In this document: piece after piece, positions 32,296 to 41,851 of the stretch
How positions within the stretch are numbered: the first letter of the stretch is position 1
Layout of the letters: every line of letters begins with the position of its first letter
From: an uncultured Pseudomonadota bacterium
Lineage (GTDB): Bacteria; Myxococcota_A; Polyangia; Fen-1088
Assembly (NCBI GenBank): GCA_963847705.1
Contig: CAWKBC010000034.1
Span: 32,001-96,000, forward strand
Length of the DNA stretch: 64,000 bases
Direction of reading: 5' to 3'
Notes under the pieces: model-generated
Databases searched by the model: none
Seen by the model: the letters and a program-made list of their open reading frames with translations, nothing else
What the model was told of the DNA's origin: nothing
Made by a program: the position numbers and the translations under genes

Positions 32296-32484
32296 ATGGT
32301 CATGGGGGCTAAGGTCTTCACCGCGACGAAGGCCAAGGACCGGGAGGAGCTCGGCGAGGTGATCACCCGTTGGATTGCGAACAACCCGCGCGCGAAGATC
32401 ATCGACAAGATCGTCACCCAGAGCTCGGACAGTGAGTTCCACTGTCTGTCGATCACGATTTTCTACGAGCTGTCGCCGCAGTAG
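32296..32484 (+). CDS. Small conserved hypothetical protein (62 aa)
   Basis: Strong AAAGGAG RBS and GC3 bias; KVFTATKAKDREELGE..TRW..TQSSDSEFHCLSIT is a pattern I recall from myxobacterial small proteins. Confidence 0.75.
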   Translation: MVMGAKVFTATKAKDREELGEVITRWIANNPRAKIIDKIVTQSSDSEFHCLSITIFYELSPQ

Positions 32485-32506
32485 TCGTCGTCTCTGATTC
32501 ATCTCG

Positions 32507-33370
32507 ATGCGTTTCGGCTTCCTGCTCAAGCGCGGTAAGCCCGAAGCACGGGAGCTGGCCGAGACCCTGGGCAAGGTCTTGCTGGGGCGCGGCGCGACAC
32601 TGTTCGCTCTCGCCGAGGACGCGAGCGCGATCCCTGGCGCGACGGTGGTCGCCCCCGAGGAGTTGGCGGCGTCAATCGACGTCCTGGTCGTGCTGGGCGG
32701 CGACGGGACGTTCCTCTACGGCGCCGCGCTGGCCGGCGATCGCGGGATCCCCATCTTCGGCGTCAACCTGGGCAGCCTGGGGTTCATCACCCCCTACGCC
32801 CGCGGTGAAGCGGCCGCCGCCATCGACCAGGCCTGCCGCGGCGGCCTGGTGATCGAGGAGCGAATCCGGCTGGCGGTCTCCCTCCGTCGGGCGGACGACA
32901 GCGCGCCCCAGCCGCCCCGTTCGGCGGTCAACGACGCCGTGCTGACCCGTCCGGCCGCCCGCCTGCTCGATCTCGAGGCGCGCCTCGACGGCGCCGAGAT
33001 CACCACCTACAAGGCCGACGGGCTGATCGTGGCGACGCCGACCGGCTCGACCGCCTACTCGCTGGCGGCGGGGGGCCCCCTGCTCACGCCCGACCTGGAG
33101 GCGATCGTGCTGACGCCGATCAGCCCGCACACGCTGACCAACCGGCCGCTGGTCTTCCGCCCCGATTCCCGCCTCTCGATCCGCAACGCCTCCGACGGCC
33201 CGGTCTCCCTGACGATCGACGGGCAGTGGACCGAGACGCTGCCCAGCGACGCCTGGATCGACGTGCGCCGCGCCGAAAAGCCGCTGCGCCTCTATCAGGC
33301 CCCCCGCGGTTTCTTCGGCATCCTGCGCGAGAAGCTCTCCTGGGGGTCGCGCAGGGTCGAAGAGAAGTAG
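32507..33370 (+). CDS. nadK: NAD kinase
   Basis: GGDGT, GVNLGSLGF, ND, DGLIVATPTGSTAYSLAAGGP. Lies upstream of recN, the usual arrangement. Confidence 0.95.
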   Translation: MRFGFLLKRGKPEARELAETLGKVLLGRGATLFALAEDASAIPGATVVAPEELAASIDVLVVLGGDGTFLYGAALAGDRGIPIFGVNLGSLGFITPYARGEAAAAIDQACRGGLVIEERIRLAVSLRRADDSAPQPPRSAVNDAVLTRPAARLLDLEARLDGAEITTYKADGLIVATPTGSTAYSLAAGGPLLTPDLEAIVLTPISPHTLTNRPLVFRPDSRLSIRNASDGPVSLTIDGQWTETLPSDAWIDVRRAEKPLRLYQAPRGFFGILREKLSWGSRRVEEK

Positions 33371-33491
33371 AGGCAGACAGAGTGCGTGAGGTCGAGACGG
33401 GCTTCGCCGGCTCGAGCTCTTCGCCTGGGGTGCGGGACCCTTTCGAGGTCCCGACTAGAAACGAAGCCACGTTCCTGGCGATAATGCCGGG

Positions 33492-35157
33492 GTGCTGACC
33501 CTGCTTCGCATCTCGGGCTTCGCGCTGATCGACGAGCTCGAGCTGCCGCTCGGACCTGGCCTCACCGCCGTGACGGGCGAGACGGGCGCCGGGAAGAGCA
33601 TCCTGGTCGACGCGCTGGGGCTGCTGCGGGGCGGGCGCGCCGGCGCCGACGTGATCCGCACCGGCCGCGACGAGGCGCGGGTGGAGGCGATCCTCGAGCT
33701 CCCCGCCGGCTCGGCGACGCGCGCGCGTCTGGTGGCGGACGGGCGGGAGGTCGAAGAGGGGCTGGTCGTGCGGCGGGTGATCGCGCGCGGGGGGCGCGGC
33801 CGCACGCACCTGGGCGGCGGGCTGGCGACGGCCGCCGACCTGGCATCGACGGTGGCGGGCCTCATCGACATCGCCTCGCAGCACGATCAACAGTCGCTGA
33901 CCGATCCGGAGAGCCAGCTGGCGATCCTGGACGCCTTCGCCGAGAACCAGCCGCTGCGCGACGAGATGACGGCGGCGTACGCGGCGCGGGCGGCGACGGC
34001 GGCGGCGCTGGCCTCGTTTTCGGCCGACGCGCGGGCGCGCAGCGAACGGGAAGATCTGTTGCGGTTTCAGCTGGCCGAGCTGGAGGCGGCGGGGCCGGCG
34101 CCTGGTGAGGACGGCGCGCTCGCCGCCGAGCGGGAGCGCCTCAAGGGGGCGGAAAAATTTCTGGCCGCGACCGCGCGCGGCGAGGAGACGCTGTACGCCG
34201 GCGACGGCGCCGTGGCGGAGCGCCTGGCCAGCGTGGCGCGGGAGCTGACGCCGCTGGCGGCGCTCGATCCCGCGCTCGGGCCGCTGGTCGAGCGGCTGGC
34301 CGACGCGCAGGCCGCGATCGAGGATGTCGCGCGCGAGCTCGGCCGCTATGTGCGGGGGATCCGCTCGGACCCGGCCCGACTCGAAGAGGTCGAAGAGCGG
34401 CTCTTCCTGCTGCAGAAGCTCTGCCGCAAGCACGGCGGGACGGTCGCCGATTCTGGCCGCCAAGCAATCGGCACTGCGCGCCGAGCTGGGCGAGCTCGGG
34501 TCCTTCGAAGAGGGGATGGCGGCGCGGCAGGCGGCGGCGAGCGCGGCCGAGGCGCGCGCCAGCGCGGCAGCGGAGGCGCTCAGCGCCTCGCGGCGGCAGG
34601 CGGCGGGCAGCCTGGAGAAGAAGGTCACCGCCGTCCTGCGCGAGCTCGGCTTTGCCTCGGCGCGTCTGCCGGTGGCCGTCGAAGCACGCGACCTCGGTCC
34701 GAACGGCGCCGACCGCGTCCGACTGCTGTTCGCCCCCAACCCCGGCGAGGAGGCGCGTCCGCTGGCCAAGATCGCCTCGGGGGGCGAGCTGTCGCGGGTC
34801 ATGCTGGCGGTCAAGCAGACGCTGGCGCGCACGGACGAGGTGCTGACCTACGTGTTCGACGAGGTCGACGCCGGGATCGGCGGCGGCACGGCCGAGATCG
34901 TCGGGCGTAAGCTGAAGCGCCTGGCGGCTGAGCGGCAGGTCATCGTCATCACGCACCTCCCCCAGGTCGCCGCCTTCGCCGACGCGCACGTGCGCGTCAC
35001 CAAGACGGCTGCGCGCGGCAAGACGCGCGTCGAGATCACCCGCCTCGACGACGCCGACCGCCCCGGGGAGATCGCGCGCATGCTGGCGGGCGCCGCCCCG
35101 TCGGCTCAGGCGACGGCCCACGCGGAAGAGATGCTCCGCAACGCTCGCGCCGACTAG
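33492..35157 (+). pseudogene. recN: DNA repair protein RecN, split by a 1-nt frameshift near 34451 (sequencing error or pseudogene)
   Basis: Walker A TGETGAGKS in ORF 33492; signature ASGGELSR, FDEVD and ITHLPQVA in ORF 34324. GAT-T-CTG contains an extra T. Confidence 0.9.
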
Positions 35158-35241
35158 GAGGGCATCGCCGAAAGGCGACGGTGAGCGAAGCGAACGATGG
35201 ACACTGGCCCGACGACGCGCCGCCCGGTAGGCGGCCTCAGG
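35157..35241. repeat. Structured REP-like dispersed repeat, copy 1
   Basis: Reverse complement matches 56925-57003. Hairpins TCGCC-GAAA-GGCGA and GCCGCC-CGGTA-GGCGGC; core GTGAGCGAAGCGAAC. Confidence 0.85.
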
Positions 35242-35312
35242 CGGCCTGGCCCGCCCGAGCCCAGCCAGTGGGACCGCGAACGAGCCTTCGATCTTCCTTC
35301 GACAGCGCTTAA

Positions 35313-35341
35313 TTGATTGGGCCGGCAGCGCGTGCTAGTTG
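35313..35341 (+). promoter_or_regulatory. Possible sigma70-type promoter of the M23 peptidase gene
   Basis: TTGATT-17 nt-TAGTTG, with TG before the -10 hexamer. Confidence 0.35.
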
Positions 35342-35393
35342 AAGAGAAGCCGCGAGAACACGCCGGCTACGGCTCCCGCCCCCCCGAGGTCGA

Positions 35394-37121
35394 GTGGCAC
35401 GCAGACGACGCAGACGGCAATCCGGTGAAATGAAGAACTCGCTCAGGCTGAGCGTGCTCTTGGTGGGGTTGGTCGGGATCAACGTCTACGTCTTCTTTTT
35501 CAACCACAAGACGGCGCCGCGCGACGTCCTGAACCTCCAGTCGACGACCAAGACCATGGAGACGACCCGCCGGGAGGTCTTGGCGGCGGACGCCCGTGAG
35601 GCCCGAGAGGCGCTGACGGCCGAGGCTGCTGCCAGGACGACGAGCAAGCCGGCGACAAAGAACAAGCCCCCTGAATCCCGCGCGGAGACGGCCGCGACTG
35701 CAGCGACCAAATCAACCGCGCTGGTGGCCGAGCGGACCGCGCCGGCGGTCGAACCGGCTGTGCCGACGGCCGAAGCGGCCGTGCCGACGGCGGCCGAGGC
35801 CCCGCTGCCGCCACCCGCCCCCCCCAAGCTGCTCTCGCCCAAACCTGATCTCGCCGCGCGAACGTTCGCCGCCAACACCCCCCCACCCCGCGCGGCCTTT
35901 CAGGTCCCCTATGCGCCGCCGCCCGAGCCGATGACGGCCCGCGCCTCGACGCCTCCCCACGCGGCGTTTCAGATCCCCTTCGCGCCGCCGGCCGAGGACG
36001 ACGGTGACGCGCACGAGGACTCGGTCGAGAAGAAGTTCAACAACGCCGACACCCTGGGCCAGGTGCTGGCGCGCGAGGGGTTCGGCCCCGCCGGCCCGCA
36101 GGTGACGGCCGCGCTCGCCAAGCTCTGCGATCCGCGCAGCATCCGCGGCGGGCAGAAGTACGTCGTGCGGCTCGGCGAGGACGGCGCGCCCGCGTCGTTC
36201 GAGTACCAGTCGTCGGCGATCCTCCGCTACCTCGTCGAGAAGGACGAGGAGACCGGCTCGTGGAAAGGCCGCAAGCTGGAGGCGGCGGTCGAGATCAAGA
36301 CCGTCGCGGCCGGCGGCGTCGTCGATTCGTCGCTCTACGAATCAGTCCAGAAGGCGGGCGAGTCGACGGCGCTGGTGAGCCTGCTGGTCGAGCAGTTCGC
36401 CTGGGACGTGAACTTCTATACCGACACCCACCCGGGCGATCACTGGAAGGTGGTCATCGAGAAGCAGTATCTCGGGGGGCAGTTCTACAAGTACGGGCGT
36501 CTCCTGGCAGCGGAGTACGGCGGCAAGGTCGGCACCTTCCGCTCGTTCTTCTGGGCCGGCAAGGGCGCGCCGCGCGACAAGCCGGGCAAGTACTACGACG
36601 ACCACGGACTGGCGATCTCCAAGACCATGCTGAAGACGCCGCTGCGCTACGTACGCATCAGCTCGAAGTTCGACCGCAAGCGCTTCCACCCGATCCTGCA
36701 CGTCGAAAAGGCGCACCTCGGCATCGACTACGCGGCGCCGCAAGGCACGCCGGTCTGGGCCTCGGCCAGCGGGCGCGTGGTCGAGGTGGGCCTCAAGCGC
36801 GGCTCGGGCAACACCATCGTGCTGGCCCACGCCAACGGCCTCTCGACCCGCTACTACCACCTGTCACGCTACGCGCGCGGGCTGCACGTCGGGCAGCAGG
36901 TGAAACAGAAAGAGGTCATCGGCTTCGTCGGAATGACGGGCCTGGCGACGGGACCGCACTTGCACTTCAGCGTCACCAAGAACGGCGCCTTCGTCGATCC
37001 GAGCAAGCTGAACGTGAGCCGCGACGCCCCGGTGCCGGACCACGGCGCCTTCATGGACGCCATCCGCCCCCGCATCGCCGCGCTGAAGGCCATCCAGCCC
37101 GGCGCCGTCGCCGGCAACTAA
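35394..37121 (+). CDS. M23 family peptidoglycan DD-endopeptidase (MepM-like)
   Basis: HLGIDYAAP (HxxxD), YYHLS and TGPHLHF (HxH); N-terminal TM and Pro/Ala-rich linker. Confidence 0.92.
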   Translation: MARRRRRRQSGEMKNSLRLSVLLVGLVGINVYVFFFNHKTAPRDVLNLQSTTKTMETTRREVLAADAREAREALTAEAAARTTSKPATKNKPPESRAETAATAATKSTALVAERTAPAVEPAVPTAEAAVPTAAEAPLPPPAPPKLLSPKPDLAARTFAANTPPPRAAFQVPYAPPPEPMTARASTPPHAAFQIPFAPPAEDDGDAHEDSVEKKFNNADTLGQVLAREGFGPAGPQVTAALAKLCDPRSIRGGQKYVVRLGEDGAPASFEYQSSAILRYLVEKDEETGSWKGRKLEAAVEIKTVAAGGVVDSSLYESVQKAGESTALVSLLVEQFAWDVNFYTDTHPGDHWKVVIEKQYLGGQFYKYGRLLAAEYGGKVGTFRSFFWAGKGAPRDKPGKYYDDHGLAISKTMLKTPLRYVRISSKFDRKRFHPILHVEKAHLGIDYAAPQGTPVWASASGRVVEVGLKRGSGNTIVLAHANGLSTRYYHLSRYARGLHVGQQVKQKEVIGFVGMTGLATGPHLHFSVTKNGAFVDPSKLNVSRDAPVPDHGAFMDAIRPRIAALKAIQPGAVAGN

Positions 37122-37150
37122 CCCCCTCCTGCTCGCTCCGCTCCGCTCCG

Positions 37151-37720
37151 CTCCGCTCCGCTCAACTCTTCGGCGAGGGCGAGGGGGCCGGGAGTTCGGT
37201 CGGCCTCCGCACCCGAGGGGTTGGAATCGGCAGGCGGAACAACAGAGCCGCCTGCCTCAGCTCCGGCCGACCGAACTCCCGGCCCCCTCGCTGGCCGAAA
37301 GAGCAGCGCTCCACTCCGCGCGAAGTCTGACCCTGCCTCCGCGCGAAAGTCTGCACCCTGCTCCGCGCGAAGTCTGCACCCTGCTCCGCGCCGAAAGTCT
37401 GCACCCTGCTCCGCGCGAAGTCTGCACCCTGCCTCCGCGCGAAGTCTGCACCCTGCCTCGCGCGAAAGACCGGACCCCACTCCGTCCGAAGGGCCCGCGC
37501 AGGAAGCGCATCCGGTGGCGGGGAGCGGAGCTCTTTCCGGGGGGCTCGTGCGCAGCGGAGACGAGGTTGAACGCGCGTGCGGGTGGGGCCGGGGAGCTTC
37601 TCGGCCGGAGCTAAGGCGGGCGGCTCTGTTGTTCCGCCCGCCGCTTCCAACCCCTTGGGTGCGGAGGCCGAGGAGCTCCCCGGCCCCGCCCGCCCCCGCC
37701 GGAAACTGAGCGGAGCGGAG
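37151..37720. mobile_element. Composite inverted-repeat element (REPIN/MITE-like) with ~140-bp arms at 37151-37291 and 37579-37720
   Basis: The arms are diverged reverse complements and each folds internally. No ORF with coding signal. Confidence 0.6.
37314..37468. repeat. Tandem array, 23-25-bp unit CTCCGCGCGAAGTCTGCACCCTG, ~6.5 copies
   Basis: Units start at 37314, 37337, 37361, 37384, 37409, 37433 and 37457 (partial), with 1-nt indels between units. Confidence 0.95.
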
Positions 37721-37744
37721 AGCCCGGGGGGAGCTAAGGAAGAG

Positions 37745-39712
37745 CTAAGGAGAAGCCGGGGTGAGCTGGGTGTAGTCGAGGAAGTTGCCGGTCATCATGA
37801 GGAGAGACATGACCGTCCACGACGACTCGTAGTACTCACCGCCGACGAACAGGTTGTCGCCCTTGACCAGGCCGTACGCGCTGTTGAGGAAGGCCTGGTT
37901 GGAGGCGCTGTTCATGGCGCCGACCGCGGCCGGGCCGATGAAGGCCGCCGACTGTCCCTGCGAGACCGTATGCGCCCCCGAGTTCACCGTGCCGTCCATG
38001 TTGTAGCCGTCGACGATGCTGGCGGCCCCGACGCCGCTGAAGAAGCTGCTGGTCAACGCCACGTATTGCTGAGCGCGCGAGGGGTTGAGCGCCGCCGCCG
38101 CGCCCGACGCGCTGGCGCCGTTCAGGCACCAGTCGATCCCGATCCGGAACGGCGTCCGGCAAGCGTCGTACTGGTAGTAGTAGGGACCTGCGCTCGACAT
38201 GCCGCCGGTGTTGGTGGACCAGCCGGGGACCAGCCCGTTGGTGGTGTTTTTGTTGCCTGTGTTGAGCACGTTGCAGAACGTCGTGCCCGACTTGTCGCAG
38301 AGGATCGTGTCGTAGACCGTCTGGGTGACGGCGTCCCAGGTGTGCGTCGAATCGGTGTCCACCTGCTTGAACACGCGGTAGTAGGCCGGCGCAAAGTACG
38401 AGACGTTGACGTCGTTGAAGAGATTGCCCGGCCAGCTGTCGCCGGGACCGGCCAGCTTCGAGCTGTAGACCTCGTGGTTCCAGATGTTCTGGATCTGCGT
38501 CTTGGCCAGGCCGGCGTAGTTGAGTCCGCCGCTCGACCCCCACTGCTTGTCGGCCATCACCAGCGCCCAGGCCATGTCCTCGTCGGCGTCGGTGGCGGCG
38601 CCGCTCTCGGGCTGCCCGTTCACCACCGGCGCGTTCCCACTCGCGTCGACCACCCAGTTCATGAGGCCGTTCGAGTCGGTGTGGAGCTGCTCGTACTTCC
38701 AGAGGTTGTCGAACAGCGTGTGATCGCCCATGTAGACGGCGATGACCATTCCGTAGCCGATCCCCTCGGAGACGGTCGAGTTGAGCGGGGTGGCCCCGGA
38801 CGGGCTGCCGAGCCCGTCGGACGACGTCCGCTGCACGCGCTGGAAGTTGCCCGCCCCGCTGGAGGTGACCAGGTCCGCCTTCCACTTGGTGTAGGCGGCC
38901 ATGACGTCGTTGTTGTCGTAGGCCGTCGGGTAGGTGCAGCCCGACATCTGGCGGTTCTGGGGGAACGGAAAGTTCGTTCCGTTCGAGGGCGGCGTCGGTC
39001 CGCGCGAGAGGCCCCCCGTCCCGGAGACGCCACCCGTGGCCCCCCCGGCGCCGCCGGCCCCCGCGCCGCCGGCCGAACCGCCCGTGCCGGTGCTGGCGGT
39101 CGCGCAGGTTCCGTTGCTGCAGGTCTGGCCGCTGGCGCAGGCGTGACCGCAGCTGCCGCAGTTGCCTGCGTTGGAGGTGGTATCGATGCAGCTCCCGCCG
39201 CACAGCTGCTGGCCGGAGACGGTGCAGCTGCAGATCCCGCTCACGCAGGAAGAGCCGGAGCCGCAGGCGGTGCCGCACGTTCCGCAGTCGGCCGCGTTCG
39301 ACGGCCCGCTGCAGGTGCCGTCCGTGCATTTCGTCCCCGACGTGCAGGTCGACGAGCAGGTCCCCGTGCTGTCGCAGACGTCGCCGCTCGCGCACGCCGC
39401 GCAACTGGCGCCGCAGTGGTCGGGGCTCGACTGGACGCAGGTGCCGCCACAGCTCACGAAGCCGCCCGTGCAAACGCAGGAACCCGCCGAGCAGGTGCTG
39501 CCGCTCCCGCAGGCCTTGCCGCACGTCCCGCAGTTCTGGCTGTCGCCCTGCAGGTTGACGCAGGTGGTGCCGCACTGCATCTGACCGGAGCTACAGGAAG
39601 ATCCCGTTCCCCCGGACCCGCCCCGTATCGGCGGCGTGCACGACGCCAGCGACCCCGCGGCCAGGCCGCCGACCAAGAGAACAAAGAGAGTCCTGAGGGG
39701 TGTGAGCTTCAT
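37745..39712 (-). CDS. Glycoside hydrolase family 8 lipoprotein with N-terminal Cys-rich repeats
   Basis: Lipobox LASC; NCGxCGxAC repeats; GH8 motifs TVSEGIGYGM, ATDADEDMA, SYFAPAYY, YDACR. Confidence 0.9.
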   Translation of the reverse strand: MKLTPLRTLFVLLVGGLAAGSLASCTPPIRGGSGGTGSSCSSGQMQCGTTCVNLQGDSQNCGTCGKACGSGSTCSAGSCVCTGGFVSCGGTCVQSSPDHCGASCAACASGDVCDSTGTCSSTCTSGTKCTDGTCSGPSNAADCGTCGTACGSGSSCVSGICSCTVSGQQLCGGSCIDTTSNAGNCGSCGHACASGQTCSNGTCATASTGTGGSAGGAGAGGAGGATGGVSGTGGLSRGPTPPSNGTNFPFPQNRQMSGCTYPTAYDNNDVMAAYTKWKADLVTSSGAGNFQRVQRTSSDGLGSPSGATPLNSTVSEGIGYGMVIAVYMGDHTLFDNLWKYEQLHTDSNGLMNWVVDASGNAPVVNGQPESGAATDADEDMAWALVMADKQWGSSGGLNYAGLAKTQIQNIWNHEVYSSKLAGPGDSWPGNLFNDVNVSYFAPAYYRVFKQVDTDSTHTWDAVTQTVYDTILCDKSGTTFCNVLNTGNKNTTNGLVPGWSTNTGGMSSAGPYYYQYDACRTPFRIGIDWCLNGASASGAAAALNPSRAQQYVALTSSFFSGVGAASIVDGYNMDGTVNSGAHTVSQGQSAAFIGPAAVGAMNSASNQAFLNSAYGLVKGDNLFVGGEYYESSWTVMSLLMMTGNFLDYTQLTPASP

Positions 39713-39784
39713 TTTAAGCTTACCGGAGCTCCACCGCCCGCCGGTCCCCGCCCACGGCCATCTGACCGCCCCGACGCCGATCGG

Positions 39785-41059
39785 TCAAGCTCTTTCGTTT
39801 TCTGGAAATGAAATCGCTCCGAAGCTGACCACGCTGGCCTCGTCGATGTTCCACTGGTCGTAGCCGAGCAACCGTCCGCGCGCCTCGGGAAGAGCGCGCA
39901 GAAACGTGTAGATCGGCGACGTGCCGCACCACTTGAGATCGTCGTAGCCGGCGCTGTCGTCCGCTTCGTCGCCGCGTTCGGCCACCAGCTCCCAAAAACC
40001 GTCGGCGTCGCCGGCGCCGATCCGCTCGACCCGCGCCCGATCGCGCGCGGCGACCGTCACCAGCGGACCGACGTTCGCGCGCGCGGCGAGCGCGTCACCG
40101 TAGCGGCGGCCGACGTGCGCGAAGTCGACCCCCAGCACGAAGGAGAGCCGCTTCCCCTCGCGCGCCGCCAGCTCGCCGAGCGCGCCGGCGAACCGGGCCA
40201 CCTGGTCGTTCGTCTCGGGGCGCCTTCCGGTGCGCGGGCCGTCGGCGAACGCACCGCAGAGCACGGGGAGAATGCGGACGGCCGGACCGAACAGGTACTG
40301 CAGGAAGACCACCTGGAATTCGATGGCGTGCTCGACGAAGTGACACGGGTCCTCGAGGGCCACGGCCCCCGGCGCCTTCTTGGCCAGCGCGTCGACCAGG
40401 GCGACCTCGGTCCGCGCCGCGCCGAACGGTGTGGCGAACGGTTTGCGCGTGAGCCCGTAGCGATCGGGCTCGCCGTAGTGCGAGGTCCCGAGGATCACGA
40501 ACACCCTGTCGCCCCCCGCGAGGTCGACGGGGAGCGCGCCGTAGGCCCGCGCGTAGGTGGCGCTCCCGGCGAAGGGGCTGACGTGCGGTGCGGCGATCGC
40601 CCGCGTGGGCGCGGTGGCGCGCGCGGCGCCTCCCTCGGGCGGCGCCTCACCGAAGTAGCCGCGCAGCGTCTCCGTCAGCGCAGCCGGCGCGGCGGGATAG
40701 GCCCCGCCCACGTGCGCAGCGGGGCGCTCCGGCGACGCGGCGATCTCCCGGAGGCGCGCCGCGCGCAGCTCGGCGAACCGTTCGTCGTCGAGAAAGCCGG
40801 CCTCGCGCAGGGCCTTGACCAGATTCTTGGCCGCCTCCCCGACCGTCACCCGGCCCGCCAGCTTGACCAGCTTGGCGCGCAGATCGCCCTCGTCTTGGCG
40901 GCCGTCGAAGCAGCCGAGACAGCGGGCCAGCAGCGGCGGGACCACCAGCGTCGCCGTCGAATAGCGGTAGGGATCGCGGATGACCAGCCCCGGCTGCTCC
41001 GGCAGCGGCGACGGCATCACGTCGAGATCGGCGCGCAGACGCGGCAGGGGGGCTGCCAT
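39785..41059 (-). CDS. amrB: AmmeMemoRadiSam system protein B (MEMO1 family)
   Basis: APH, GTSH, EHAIEFQ..FLQ, DFAHVG.RYGD, WCG; carries an N-terminal extension. Confidence 0.88.
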   Translation of the reverse strand: MAAPLPRLRADLDVMPSPLPEQPGLVIRDPYRYSTATLVVPPLLARCLGCFDGRQDEGDLRAKLVKLAGRVTVGEAAKNLVKALREAGFLDDERFAELRAARLREIAASPERPAAHVGGAYPAAPAALTETLRGYFGEAPPEGGAARATAPTRAIAAPHVSPFAGSATYARAYGALPVDLAGGDRVFVILGTSHYGEPDRYGLTRKPFATPFGAARTEVALVDALAKKAPGAVALEDPCHFVEHAIEFQVVFLQYLFGPAVRILPVLCGAFADGPRTGRRPETNDQVARFAGALGELAAREGKRLSFVLGVDFAHVGRRYGDALAARANVGPLVTVAARDRARVERIGAGDADGFWELVAERGDEADDSAGYDDLKWCGTSPIYTFLRALPEARGRLLGYDQWNIDEASVVSFGAISFPENERA

Positions 41060-41121
41060 GACCCTCTTTCATCATGCCACGCAGCTGGCGTCTGGGACAC
41101 CCGCGCGCCACAATCACCCGC

Positions 41122-41766
<645 letters not shown>

Positions 41767-41782
41767 TCAGCGGATCGCGTGG

Positions 41783-41849
41783 GCGGAGCGAGGCTTCGCC
41801 TCGCGGAGCCCTTCGCGGGAGGGGGTGGGAACCCTCCCAGGGTTCCCAT
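41783..41849. repeat. Multi-hairpin intergenic element (REP-like or terminator) between convergent genes
   Basis: Stems GCGAGGC-TTC-GCCTCGC and TGGGAACCCT-CCC-AGGGTTCCCA. Confidence 0.55.
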
Positions 41850-41851
41850 TA

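Noticed and set aside
33371-33491. LexA/SOS box upstream of recN
   Set aside because: No convincing match to a LexA consensus I can recall; only a GATAAT -10-like hexamer is present.
37179-37291. Hammerhead ribozyme or SRP RNA
   Set aside because: No CUGANGA/GAAA core on either strand (CTGAGG in one copy, CTAAGG in the other) and no SRP helix-8 consensus.
37314-37468. Possible CRISPR array (23-bp repeats)
   Set aside because: The repeats are directly adjacent with no unique spacers, and there are no cas genes in the window.
37118-37709. ORFs across the repeat element (37162..37650 -, 37221..37709 +) with similar N-termini
   Set aside because: The similarity is a by-product of the inverted arms; the translations are low-complexity and the unit indels ignore reading frame.
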